Position numbers and translations under genes: made by a program. Source: Eledone cirrhosa (taxonomy: Eukaryota). From it: a stretch of DNA of 64,000 nt. The stretch spans positions 55,862,001 to 55,926,000 of the forward strand of contig OZ024748.1 in NCBI GenBank assembly GCA_964016885.1. The letters run 5' to 3'. How positions within the stretch are numbered: the first letter of the stretch is position 1; each line of letters starts with the position of its first letter. The notes under the pieces were generated by a model that made no database searches, was not told the origin of the DNA, and worked only from the letters and a program-made list of their open reading frames with translations. Below, piece after piece: positions 15,740-29,166 of the stretch.

Positions 15740-16609
15740 AGAGAGAGAGTTCATGCAGATTGAGGCAGAGAAAGAAAAAAAGGAAGAGAGGGAGAACAGG
15801 ATAAAAAGGGGGAGACATTACTGCCAGAAAATAAAAGAGACAAAGGAAGGAGGGACAGGATGATTGAAATGATTAAGAGTAAAAATGTAATGAAAAATGA
15901 TAAAAATAAAATGAAATAGGAAGGTGTTAAGAGAAAGGAGTTTTATTTACAGCAATATTATCGTTTTATTGAACGAGATGTAAGTTATCATTTTCTGAGA
16001 AAAGAATATCACATTTCTAAGAATGTTTTTCTTTCATTTAAATATTTACTTATGTATTTTTATACATAAATATTTTTTTGTTATTAGGGCACCGATGAAA
16101 TTTAAGATTACGACAAAGGATCAGATAGAAAAAAAGAAGGGCGTGTGTATATATGTCAATGTATATGTATATAAGTATCTATCTTTTGATCGATCATTCC
16201 CTGCTTCTAACTACTGAGATTCTAATGCAATTAAAAGAATGAAATTCCTTTTATGACCTATTTGAATCCAGAGAAGCAAAAAAAAAAAGAATAAATAAAT
16301 AAAAAAGAAAAAAAAGAAAAAAAAAAGTGAGACCTCCTCCATGCTTACATGTACGAAATATTTCATGTTTATAAACAACAAATTCGAATAGGGACATCAG
16401 TCAAATTAGTGGTTTACTCAATAGATATACTCAGGGAAATAATATTTCCTTAGCATCTTGACTTGAATAGAATGGTACATGTATGAACAATCTTCATAAA
16501 ACGCGACGAGGATCCAGCAACAACAAAATGTTGAAAGGTACACACGAGTCAATATTTATGTTCAGAAATAGGTCCAAAGAAAGGAATAACTATAAACTAT
16601 TAGGTAATA

Positions 16610-16990
16610 TAATTGTTTCTAATTTAGGCACAAGGCCAGCAATTACCCAGTGCATTACTGGTACTTTATTTTATCGACCCCATAAGGATGAAAGGCAAAG
16701 TCAACCTCGGCGGGATTTGAACTCAGATCGTAAAGGGACGTAACTATGCTGGAAAGCATGGCGTCCGACCCTCTACCGATACTGCCAATCTACCGCCCTT
16801 ATAATTGTTTCTACTTTAGGCACAAGAACAGCAGTTACCCAGTGCATTACTGGTACTTTATTTTATCGACCCCGTAAGGATGAAAGGCAAATTCAACCTC
16901 GGCGGGATTTGAACTCAGATCGTAAAGGGACGTAACTATGCTTCAAAGCATGGCGTCTGACCCTCTACCGATACTGCCAATCCACCACCA
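16610..16990 (-). mobile_element. Tandem dimer of young SINE copies (16610-16798, 16801-16990)
   Basis: Two near-identical 185-190 bp units head to tail. Confidence 0.9.
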
Positions 16991-17300
16991 CTATTAGGTA
17001 ATATAATGATATATATTTAGTTTAATATAACGATTAACCGTTTCAAAACCTAAGGTTTTATAGAGCTTCTAACGCCTTATTGTTTATAATAAAATCATAC
17101 CTGATAACTTATACCAGATAACTACACAAACAATCTTGCAAACGCACACAACCACACGCACACTCTTATATACATACATAACTATTTATATATATATGTA
17201 TATATATTTGGATATATATATGTATATATATAGGTATATACATATTTGCATATATTTATCAATATACATTTATATTTGTATATATATATATATATATATA

Positions 17301-17487
17301 GGAACCAGTAAGACCCCGACAGCTGAGCTCAAGCCGTTTCGACGGCTAATTCTGCAGAATTAGCCGTCGAAACGGCTTGAGCTCAGCTGTCGGGGTCTTA
17401 CTGGTTCCTATTACCCACTCTACTACCTCAAGTATTGAGTACTTTGGTGCGTTATGGTCCACCTGGTTCCTTACCACTTTTCCTTCG
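17301..17487 (+). mobile_element. TA-flanked fold-back element family A (perfect 108-bp palindrome plus about 80-bp tail)
   Basis: Arms 17301-17354 and 17355-17408; tail hairpin ACTC(17417)...GAGTAC(17437); related copies at 21377, 50178, 54339, 63888. Confidence 0.85.
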
Positions 17488-17530
<43 letters not shown>

Positions 17531-17884
17531 CATGGCATTAATATTATTACTGTACACAATTTACTTCCACGTGAATACACCTAAGATAAATATTAAATTG
17601 TACAGTTACAGTTTAGTCGTCTCCATACATAACCACCAATATTTGTGTAACTACCAGACCTATTGGTGCAAATGTTTGATATTTCAAAGCATATTCACTT
17701 AATCTCTCTTATACTGTTGTATACGACGTATTCTTTGAAATAGAAAATTATGTAGAAATAAACATGTCAAACCCGAGGGTAAATGTTGTGTATAACTAGA
17801 ACTTGAATCAATATGTATGTATGAGTATGAATTTATATATGTTCATATATACAAATACGCACACACACACACATATATAGAAAC

Positions 17885-17936
<52 letters not shown>

Positions 17937-17939
<3 letters not shown>

Positions 17940-18246
17940 AACAAAAGATGGTTAAAAGAGTTCCGTGTATTTTATTATGCGCATTTCAAAAACAAATATC
18001 ATCATGCAATAATATTTGTGTTTTCATCAGATAAAACAGGAAGACAGGATATGAAGGTTAAAAAACACTTGTGGATAGTGCAGTTTTAAATCAACATATA
18101 TTGAAATGCGCATACTAAAATACATGGAACTCTTTTAACCATCTTTTGTTCTTATATATTATGTATACTCCAGTCCTACAAACTGTAGAGTGCTTCTTAT
18201 CCGATATCTGCATTGCTTTATTGTACTACAATAAAACTCACCTCCT

Positions 18247-18248
<2 letters not shown>
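17937..18248. mobile_element. TA-flanked inverted-repeat element carrying an HHR (PLE/retrozyme-like)
   Basis: Inverted arms about 17937-17989 and 18101-18153; tail hairpin actccagtcctacaaactgtagagtgc. Confidence 0.75.
17969..18037 (-). ncRNA. Type I hammerhead ribozyme, complete
   Basis: GUUUUAU-CUGAUGA-AAA C ACAAAUAUUAUU GCAU GAUGAUAUUUGU U UUU-GAAAUGCGCAUA-AUAAAAU; stem I 7 bp, palindromic stem III AUGCGCAU, AUA cleavage triplet. Confidence 0.85.
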
Positions 18249-18320
<72 letters not shown>

Positions 18321-19248
18321 ACATGTAAGTACTAAATGGTAATATAAAATGTAAAATACACGTTACTCTAGAAAATGTATTTACGAAATAATGGGTACGT
18401 TAATAATGAAGAGGTCCATGTCTAGATCAACGCAGATTGCATAAAGCTACTTTATATTATTCTCCATTTTATCATCTACGTTAAAGCATACCGTATGCTG
18501 GTGCTTTGGTGCTATTTGCTCTGACATGCCAATAACCATGCACAAAAGAAACTCTAATGTTTGCAATACTCACAACTCACCTAGTAAATATTTTTTCGAA
18601 TTAGCTGTTGGAAGCAGCTATTCATTCATGAGTATCGATGCCTACTAAAAGTTAGTTAGAAACTGAATGATTGCGAATTTCTCTTTGCCACAATTTATTC
18701 TTAAATTCTTCTGGTTATAGATTCGATATTGTTTTATTTACCATCTCTTCGATTTGACCATGTATTCTCTGTAAAATTTTGTAATGGACTATTTGGAAGC
18801 TCCTTGGAGAGAATATACCTGTAATTTAAATAACTAGCCTTGTCTCATACTTAATATTCCAGTAAAAATTGTTGAGTTTACAAATATATTTTAGCACCAA
18901 AATATGAATCGATACCTGGTTTCGATCTTCAGGTTATAAAGTCAAGAGATCAATTACGCTTTTGGCTTCAGCAAAAGACAATTGCAAAAAATATTTCTGA
19001 TATATATTTTACTGCAATTTATATACAGGGTATTTAGAAAAAAATAGATATCATTTGATATCAGTGAATTATTTGAAACACTTTGTATTTATGAAACCAG
19101 AGAAAATATGTTGGGACAATAGAAACACAATTAGTAAGAGGTATAGAAACAGATATTAAAACAAGTAACTGGAAAATGTCATACATGAGCATATACAATG
19201 ACAGTTAGAACACTTTAATATAACCCATCCTCACACCTAGAGACACGC

Positions 19249-19323
<75 letters not shown>

Positions 19324-19331
19324 CATACATA

Positions 19332-19518
19332 TACGAGGGTCGGCTGTCATAATTATACCCCCGAAGATTGACCAAATTAGGTTTATTTTTCAACATAGTC
19401 TCTGGAAAAAAAAATACAGTCATGAATAAGAAGAGTTGAAATCAATGCATGCAATATTCCACAGCTCTAGCGTCATTTCTTCATAGGCAGCCAATGAACG
19501 ATTCAGCCAACCCCCGTA
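19332..19518. mobile_element. Tc1/mariner-type MITE
   Basis: TA-cgagggtcggctg...cagccaacccccg-TA imperfect TIRs with TA flanks. Confidence 0.7.
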
Positions 19519-20204
19519 TATCAATATGTATATAAACATGTGCAAACATATACTCACATTTCTGTTATGATAGTTTCAGCAAACAACTTAGTTTCCCAGT
19601 TTGAAGTGTTTAACACATCTGCAATCTTGTCTCCATTCATTGACACGTGTTAGTTAAAACAATCACCAACACTTCTATACTAAAAACAACAAGAAAATTG
19701 TTCTTAAAGGGTAAAATCTGTCCAAACACACCTTATACAGATCTCAGCAGATTCCTATACTACTATGTAAATATTAACTTTCTATATGCAAATATTTTCT
19801 TAACCATATGTCGAAAATATTTAACCATTTCTACATGGACTTATTGATTTGATGCCGAAACATAATATTAAAATACAAATATATATATGTCAAAACAATG
19901 ACGGAAATATATCAGACCAACAGAAAACGAAGAACACGTTAAAAAAATTAATTGAAACAATGAGACTGGCGTATTTAATGTTTATTTATCGTAAAAATCA
20001 AATAAAAAATAAATCCATAATATATTTTAGTGAATAAGTGGATAGGGGAATGGAAATGTATGCCATTTAGTGTTTCCCACTCTTGTTTGAAGAGTATAAT
20101 AAGACTCAGGAAATGAAAAAGCCAAAATATCTGAGACTAATTTTCGAAATCAAATATTCAATCTGCAAATCGGTTTCGTATTTGTGAGAAGAGTTCATAT
20201 TAAT

Positions 20205-20950
20205 AGTTATTTCTACTTTTGGAACAAGGCAAACAATTTGAAGGGAAGATTATGGGTACATTATTTTATCGCCTTCATAATAATAATATACTCTTTTGGG
20301 ACAAGGACAGCAATTATCCTAATGCAATACTGGTGCTTTATTTTATCGAAACCGTAAGGAAGAAATGCAAAGTTAACTTCGGTGGGATTTGATCTCTGAC
20401 CGCAAAGGGGCGTAACTCTGTGCTGCAAATCATGGCGCCTGATTTTCAGACCGGTGGATTGGCAGTATCGGTAATCCGCCTCCATAATAATTGTTTCTAC
20501 TTTTGGCACAAGGCCAACAATTATCCCAGTGTATTACTGGTACTTAATTTTATCGACCCCGTCAGGATGAAAGGCAAAGTTAACCTCGGCGGGATTTGAA
20601 CTCAGACCATAAAGGGCCGTAACTCTTTGCTGCAAAGCATGGCGTCCGACTCTCTACCGATACTGCCAATGCATGATTTCTGATTTAGGCATAAGGCCAA
20701 ACATTTTTGGGAAAGGGAAACTTCCAATGTTGGTATTACATTATATCGGCCGTCTAAGAAACTCAGAACGTAAAAGGACGTAACTTAATTCAGCAAAAAA
20801 TATTGTTCTACATTCTACCGATACTACCAATAGACTGGAAAAGTTCATATTAATAATGGTTTCAGATTTAGACACGAGGCCAACAATTTTTTGGGGAGAG
20901 GAAAGTCGATTAAATTGACCGCAGTGCATTATGGTGCTTTATTTTATCGT
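20205..20950 (-). mobile_element. Cluster of nested or partial SINE copies (best copy 20490-20668)
   Basis: Repeated ggcacaaggcc and tttattttatcga blocks of differing ages. Confidence 0.8.
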
Positions 20951-20971
20951 CTACTTATACAGACATATTTA

Positions 20972-21039
<68 letters not shown>

Positions 21040-21044
<5 letters not shown>

Positions 21045-21121
21045 TAAAATAACAAATTAAAGTTTAAGCAAAGAATCGCTGCTTTCACCCTTAACGGGAT
21101 CTTCTGAAACTAACAAAGTCG
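21040..21121 (-). mobile_element. Fragment of TA-flanked family C
   Basis: Near-identical to 53985-54065. Confidence 0.8.
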
Positions 21122-21140
21122 ATATATATATATATATATA

Positions 21141-21333
21141 TGTTAAGTATTTCCGAAGAGTAAGCAAAGGAGAAACGAGTGCTCTATGAATAATACAGAG
21201 CTATTTAATTAGAAAATGAACACACAATATACAACTACTACTGATGAGCAACCTAGACGTATGTTAATATTGTCTAGGGTAATGAAACCTTTGGTAATGG
21301 AATAGTTATATATTGTGTTGTTCACTTTCTAAT

Positions 21334-21338
<5 letters not shown>
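21141..21338 (+). ncRNA. HHR-bearing fold-back element (core 21241-21296)
   Basis: CUGAUGA(21241)...CCUAGAC/GUCUAGG stem II...GAAACC UUU GGUA; flanking inverted arms about 21202-21238 and 21299-21338; stem I irregular. Confidence 0.65.
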
Positions 21339-21376
<38 letters not shown>

Positions 21377-21377
<1 letters not shown>

Positions 21378-21568
21378 GAAGGAATTGTGGTAAGGAACCA
21401 GATGGACCATAACGCACTAAAGTACTCAATACTTAGGGTAGTAGAGTGGGTAATAGGAACAAGTATGACCACGACGGCAGAGCTCAAGCCGTTTCGACGG
21501 CTATTTCTGGAGTCCAGAAATAGCCGTCCAAACGGCTTCAGCTCTGCCGTCGTGGTCATACTTGTTCC
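21377..21568 (-). mobile_element. Family A fold-back element (reverse orientation)
   Basis: Palindrome 21456-21568 centred on tctggagtccaga; tail homologous to 17409-17487. Confidence 0.85.
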
Positions 21569-21610
21569 TATATATATATATATATGTGAATTTATATATG
21601 TGTTTGTGTA

Positions 21611-21702
<92 letters not shown>

Positions 21703-22039
21703 ATATATACACGTATGTATGTATTTATATACATGTAATGTATGCATGTATGTATATACATGTATATATATATATAATGATCAGTATACTTCTATAATCA
21801 TATGTATCGTAAAAAGGGATAAATTACAAGAACAACATTTCAATCAGTGTTTTATTATATTATGAAAGTTAGATGTACAGGAAGCAAATATCATTAGATA
21901 TAACATATGATGAAAGGAATAAAGATGATTAATAATCTGGTAATTATATTATGTTTATTTCAAATCTCTGTTTCGTCTTTTGATCAGAAAGTTATTGCAG
22001 TTGAATTTTAAACAAAAAATGGATTTAGTAAAATATTAT

Positions 22040-22070
22040 ACGATATATATATATATGTGTGTGTGGATGT

Positions 22071-22134
<64 letters not shown>

Positions 22135-22164
22135 GTATATATATATATATGTGTGTGTGGATGT

Positions 22165-22236
<72 letters not shown>

Positions 22237-22245
22237 ATATATATA

Positions 22246-22333
<88 letters not shown>

Positions 22334-22437
22334 CATATATATATACATGTATATATATATATGTATATATATATACATATATATATATACATGTATATAT
22401 ATATATGTATATATATATACATATATATATATACATG

Positions 22438-22496
<59 letters not shown>

Positions 22497-22522
22497 ATAT
22501 ATATATATGTATATATATATAC

Positions 22523-22589
<67 letters not shown>

Positions 22590-22630
22590 CATGTATGTGT
22601 GTGTATATATATATGTGTGTGTGTATATAT
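22040..22630. repeat. (TA)n/CATG microsatellite array
   Basis: Direct inspection. Confidence 0.95.
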
Positions 22631-22928
22631 ATACATATAATCTGTGTGTGTGTATGTGTGTACATACAACGGATCATATTAGATTTTTTATCCCTCAAGG
22701 GATACAAGAGACTTTCCAACTATATATATATATATATATATATTTTATTTTTTTTACCTTTCCATCTTCAAAAATTTTCGAAATCTAATCAACTTCTAGA
22801 GTTATTTTTCTTTGAAAATAAGATTTGACTTTTGATTATTCTAAACGTAAAAAAAACATAAATACATTAAATAAAACCACACACACACACACGCACAGAC
22901 ACACGCACACACACTCGCGCACACGCGC

Positions 22929-22966
<38 letters not shown>

Positions 22967-23263
22967 TTACACAACTGTATATATTTGTGGGTGGTTGTTG
23001 TGTGTGTGAGGGGGGTGGGGAGGTTGATGGTTCCTGATTGTAATTGGTCCTTTTTTTCTTTAATTTCCATCGGAATTTTTTGTTTTAATTTTTAAACATA
23101 TAAATCAATTTTCAGAACATTGTTTTCAAAATTCATCTGAAAATATTTTCTTCAAATGACTACATTACCATTATTTTTTGTTGTCATTATCGTGATTATT
23201 ATTATTATTATTATTATTAGTATTCGAGTAAAATTACTTTAGAATAAATTTCCTCTCAATTTT

Positions 23264-23295
<32 letters not shown>

Positions 23296-24146
23296 GACGT
23301 AAATATAAATATTTGTTATTTTATTACCCATCGGCTATTGGTTTTATTGTACTTTCCAGATTTGCATAAAAAATGTGAAACCTAGTATGCAAACATGCAT
23401 ATAAACTCACATAAACACAAACACACAAATCTCCTCATACAATCAGGTTTACGCAGTGAGTACAAACGCACATAATAGAATTTATGTATATAATTATAAA
23501 GGAATTAAGTATTTATCCTCAGGAAGAGACACCGAAAGCTATCCAGTGGTAGAATTTGCAGTTTAACAAAAAATATAGCATTATATGCCGACACAAAACA
23601 CTGGTGTATATAGAGACACGCTATAGAGATTCGCTCATACATGTACATATACATACGGTAATATAAATATGAACAAATACGTGTAAAGTAGCGTGCGAAT
23701 AGGAATATATTTTATACAGAATCATGTGTATGTTCATCCATTTTAGAATGTATACAGGAATTAAGTGGGAAGTATTTCTAAATATAAATATGTTAACAAC
23801 TACCGATTGTGTCAAATACAATGCAGAAAGTGTGTGTATATATAGATATGTGCACATACATAACTATATATATATATGCAGGAACATGTAAATGCTGACA
23901 GAGAACTACGACTGCCACCTTGACACAAGGTAATACTTGGACGATTTAACACCGATGCCGAAAGACAGACTGATAGGAAATGTGAATTATTTATATATAT
24001 GTTTGTGTGTGTGTGTGTTGAACAAAGCAGTTAAAAAGATAGGTTCTTAATTCGAGCAATGTCTTACGATCGTTTCAGGGTTCATTGAACATGGTACATC
24101 GATATGTATCTATGCATGTATACATAGGTATTTTTACACACACACA

Positions 24147-24363
24147 CACGGATATATAATCCCAAAAGTAAGGTCTCCAAAGCGATGGGGACGCAGTGAA
24201 ACTGTTCGTACGGCTGTTGGCAACACTGTTTTGATTCGTGCTTCCTTCACTCCCAAACAAGCTTGCGCACGCTTCAATGGGATGCTCAATCTTGGCTTGG
24301 CAGCCATTGAGAATGGAGCTACCGTTGAACGCTACCGCTAATTGCGAATTTCGCTCAGTTATT
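24147..24363 (+). mobile_element. 5' fragment of a mariner element (TIR plus transposase start MELPLNATANCEFRSVI)
   Basis: Same aatcccaaaagtaaggtctcc TIR as the adjacent MITE; peptide resembles the mariner N-terminal CEvRSVI motif. Confidence 0.55.
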
Positions 24364-24366
24364 ATA

Positions 24367-24546
24367 TACGAGGACAATCCCAAAAGTAAGGTCTCCTTCC
24401 GAGGAAAATATGCGTAAAGATCGGCGGATCACTCTGGATGCTCTCTGCATTTTAGTTCCTGAGGTTTTCCGAAGCACCATCCACAGGATTTAAACGGAAA
24501 AGTTGCAATATCGGAAGGAGACCTTACTTTTGGGATTGCCCTCGTA
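24367..24546. mobile_element. Mariner-type MITE
   Basis: TA-cgaggacaatcccaaaagtaaggtctcc...ggagaccttacttttgggattgccctcg-TA, 28-bp TIRs. Confidence 0.85.
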
Positions 24547-25078
24547 TATATATATGTGTGTGTGTGTGTATATACATATGCATTTATACACACACACACT
24601 CACATATCTGCTATATGGTATTGCTCTTTAGTTCAAGTAAAATATAACGTGTTTTCTTTTAAGTATATCGTGTAAATATTCAGACGCAATTATTACATTA
24701 CCGTTGACATTTTAATTAGTTTGTTTGAGACCGTTTTCAACAATTTGGGTAAAATATTGTTACATTTTTCAAAACACTTTAAATCTCACCTGATTTAGAT
24801 TTTCAATAGATAGACATTTGGTGTTATGTTTCTTGAAGTTAATGATTTACTCCTGCTTTCTTTGGTTCCATCGTTCTGTATAGAGTTGCTGAGTGCTTTC
24901 TTTTCTTAGCTTAATTACTTCCAATATAGATAAATGTCTTCCTATTTTTTAAACGTTTAACGATGATTTTTTTCGCATTTTTTATATTTTTATGTCGGTA
25001 GTAATTCTTTCAACGCTTAGCAATAATGTATATCCAAAAGAACAAAATATTTTAACACGCACACACTGACATATACAG

Positions 25079-25129
<51 letters not shown>

Positions 25130-25189
25130 TATATATATAAGTGTGCGAGTGTATGCATATATATATACATACACACGCACTGTTATCTA

Positions 25190-25242
<53 letters not shown>

Positions 25243-25488
25243 ATGTGGTATTTTCTTTTGATGTAACGATACTACAATGGATGTTTTAACACTGAGAACA
25301 GATAAAAAGTAATATGACAGGAGGAGGTGTGATATTTTGGAAACGTATCAGTGTGAAGATCACTAAGCATATATATTCTAATGTTCTTCTTGTTGCTGTC
25401 GTCATCGTTGTACCTTTTAATTATTAAACTACTTCGGCGTGCAACTCATAAATGTCTTTCTACTATTATATATAAGCATACTCGCATT

Positions 25489-25604
<116 letters not shown>

Positions 25605-26024
25605 CATGTGCTAATGTAAAAGATAGATATTATTGTAATTACATTCGTTCGAAATGCCAAGAGAATGGAGTAATTCTGACACCTTCATAGATTTAGATGG
25701 AGTATTGTTAAATATCCAATGAACGTAAAAGAAGAAAACGAATTTGTCGTCATAATTCAAATTCGTGTAAATTGTATGTTAATACAGGAAAAAAAGTTAA
25801 TATTTAAAAAATGTTATTTTAAAATATTATCATCGCCAATATTTTCATAAAGGTACCATAATTGTTCGTACTACGTATATATATATATATATGTAGAAGT
25901 TCTATTTAAATGTTTGGGATATAACAAGCAAATATTTTTATAACTGATATAAAGCACTCAACAAATTATCGGAGTAAAAATACGATATATTAACAAATGG
26001 AAACTATATTTATAAACCCATATT

Positions 26025-26089
26025 TATTTCATTATACATATTTCAAGGACACCAAGTTAAATTATGGTGTGCTTTCATCAGATAAAATA
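26025..26089 (-). ncRNA. Type I hammerhead ribozyme, family B (element about 25895-26260)
   Basis: UAUUUUAU-CUGAUGA-AAG C ACACCA...UGGUGU C CUU-GAAAUAUGUAUA-AUGAAAUA; homologous to 50424 and 62003. Confidence 0.85.
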
Positions 26090-26129
26090 TAATATAGATC
26101 AGTTTTATAAATATATATTGACATACCCT

Positions 26130-26194
26130 TAAAGAATGCGACCATTTCTGTTGGAAGCTCCCGGAGCTTCCAACAGAAATGGTCGCATTCTTTA
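26130..26194. repeat. Perfect 32-bp-arm palindrome
   Basis: taaagaatgcgaccatttctgttggaagctcc c ggagcttccaacagaaatggtcgcattcttta. Confidence 0.95.
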
Positions 26195-27149
26195 CTGGTT
26201 TCAACATTCTTATGCTTTTCATCATTATAATTTAGATGGAGGGTTTGTGGTTTGTCTTGTCCAAACCTCACACACACACACACATATATATATAATCTTG
26301 AACGCAGGAGAATGCCTGTGAAAGGAAAGAATGTTAAAAAATGGAGTATAAATACTCCCAACAAAAGGTAAATTGACCACTGTTTCCGTCTAATTAAGTA
26401 TTAGGATTGGTGCTCGGAATATTCCTAATACTTAATTTTTGCTGGACCGGCAATCGCTCTGTATAATCAGCTCCTGATTATTACTGGAATTCTATAAGAA
26501 TCCAGCTTCTATAATTTTCGGCGGAAGAGGGCAAACAGCATGAAACAGACTGTTAGCTTCTCTGCCAAACAGCATGAAACAGACTCTGCCATATCTGCCA
26601 TCTTTCACTGAAAAGAAATATGTCATAGTCACTACTTTAAAAATGATAGCGTAAGGTCTTAAAAATATGTTTAATTAAACATACGGTATATTGCCAAAAA
26701 TACTATGCATACATTCATATATATATATATCACATAAATATACACAAATACGTATATGTGAGCGTGGGTGTGACTGTGTGTGTGTCGGATTCAGAGAGAT
26801 ATTCGTCTTGAGAGAGATAGAGAGAGAGGGAGAGTGACAAAGTGTGTGACAGAGAGAGGGAGAAAGAGAAATGAATCTCAAGTATAAATTATTGTTACTT
26901 AGACAGAAGATTATAAAATGCAAATTGCTACACACAGGTCTGTACGTTTTCTAAAGCTACTATTTTGTTTACTGTTTACAGTGTTTCCTATTTTATTTCC
27001 GGGTATTAAAATAGAACGAAGCAATCTAAAATTATGCAAACACACAATACTCTGTCGCTTGAGGAATTAGAAAATTATGGTAGAAATGATAAAAACTTTG
27101 ATAACTTATGAACAAAATACTGCAACATCATCATCAAAAATAATAATAA

Positions 27150-27578
27150 CTCTTTCTTCTTTTGGCAAAAGGCCAGCAATTATCACAGTGCATTACTGGT
27201 ACATTATTTTATAGATCACGTAAGAATGAAAGGCAAAGTTAACCTTGGCGGGATTTGAAATCAGAGCGCAAAGGGCCATGACTCTATGCTGCAAAGCATG
27301 GTGTCTGACGCTCTACCGATACAGCTAATCCACCGCCCTTGCCAATACAGTAATAACAACAATGGTTTCTTATATAGGCACAAGGCCAGCAATTTTTTTG
27401 TTGGGGGGGGGGAGATGTAGATTAAATCGACCCCAGTGCGTGACTCATACTTTATTTTATCGACCCCAAAAGGATGAAAGGGAAAGTTAACCTCGATGGG
27501 ATTTGAACTCAAAACGTAAAGGGCCATAACTCTGTGCTGCAAAGCATAGTGTCTGACGCTCTACCGATAATACCAAAC
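27150..27578 (-). mobile_element. Two tandem SINE copies
   Basis: Consensus blocks at 27150-27340 and 27360-27578. Confidence 0.85.
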
Positions 27579-27609
27579 CACATAATAATAATAATAATAA
27601 TAATAATAA

Positions 27610-27882
27610 GGCGCTCTAGGAATGATACCTAAGGGGTCTAATGATTACTTATCGCAAATCCCAGGAAACCCGCGTATAGGAGAAATACAAAAGATAGTAC
27701 TAATGGGAACTGCCCATATACTAATGAAGATTCTGTCAATATAAGTACATCACAAGTCTAAACACCTAAAGATGCATGTTCTTTCTTGAACATGGCGGAC
27801 CTTGTTGTCTCTTGAGGTCACTGGTTGTGACTTGGTGATAACTTGTAAGAACATAAAGCAAGATAAATGCAACTATAATAAT
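27610..27882 (+). mobile_element. 3' end of a Dong/R4-like RLE non-LTR retrotransposon inserted in (TAA)n
   Basis: 27610-27744 translates GALGMIPKGSNDYLSQIPGNPRIGEIQKIVLMGTAHILMKILSI*, matching the RLE C-terminal GALG...QK...GTAHIL motif; (TAA)n on both sides. Confidence 0.75.
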
Positions 27883-28897
27883 AATATGTGCAGCAGCACT
27901 CACTCAAACACAATTGATGGCTAAAGGTTGCTTATTTCAGAAGCAATTAAAATATAAGGTAGTTAATTGTATTCATACAAGTTAGATAGCAGATCAATAA
28001 CTAAAATACCCAATGACTAATAAACGAACAAATAAAATTGTGGCGAGGAAATATAATGTTCCAGCTTTATACTGGGTTTTGTGTATTATTTTATATTCTG
28101 ATTCTTTATCACGAAAAATAGAGAATTACCATGAGATTGTGCTTAATATTTCAACTAGTACAATGAGAGTAGTGAGGTCATTACAGAGATAGCATTACAA
28201 CAGATTGAAGATGTGATAAAATTAGATTACAAGTAATGGTTATCACACGTTTGAGAACGCACATATACAAACACACATATATACACATATATACAAATAC
28301 ATACGTAACCCATGTATAGATCAACACACATTCATTGAATAACAATACAATGTAGTGACACTAAAAAAAACATGCGTAAATCGACATATGCAACAGCCAT
28401 TAAAGCGAAAGAACCAATGTTACCACCATATTAACTACCACAACAATATTATCAAAATCACTATTATTATGCAACTTAGAAAAATAATAGGACAATGACC
28501 TATGAAACATTGACTACAATTATAAAAATGTAACAATAGTAATATTATGAGGAGCTTAACGATGTGAAACATTCAATTCATTATTTATATACAACTGCGG
28601 CGATCAGACGTGTGTCTTGGATTTCCTTACCTTAAGTTGCTCGCAAATTGCTCGGTTTGTTGTTTTGTTCGCTGTTTTTTTACGGTTTTCTCTTTTCGTC
28701 CCTCCCTCCTCCATTTTCTCAGTAACCTATCCAGTTATTGACGCCCTGGGGCGAGAGATATTCTCTTTAAAGCGTAGAAATATCCGAGACACCACTAAAC
28801 AACTGATGGGGACCCCTCCCCCGTTCTTGCTTTCTTCGTATTCCAACTGTATTTAAAGTTACCTTAAATAGCATCTACACACCCATTTCTATTATCC

Positions 28898-28929
<32 letters not shown>

Positions 28930-28976
28930 ATATCGAGCCCTCTTTGGATTTTAGTCTTCTTCAAATTTATTATTAT

Positions 28977-29024
<48 letters not shown>

Positions 29025-29166
29025 ATAATAATAAATTTGAAGAAGACTAAAATCCAAAGAGGGCTCGATAAGGATAAATATATATCAAATATATAAGAAC
29101 CGTAGAGCAAATATTTATTAAAATAACAGATTAAAGTTTAAGCAAAAAATCGCTGCTTTCACCCTT
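28930..29166 (-). mobile_element. Family C element with inverted duplication of its end across (TA)n
   Basis: 29022-29166 matches the reverse complement of 54133-54278; 28932-28979 is an inverted copy of 29022-29070. Confidence 0.8.

Noticed and set aside
28600-28900. TA-flanked GC-richer island with small hairpins
   Set aside because: Likely a repeat fragment, but no complete HHR core or second copy found in the window.
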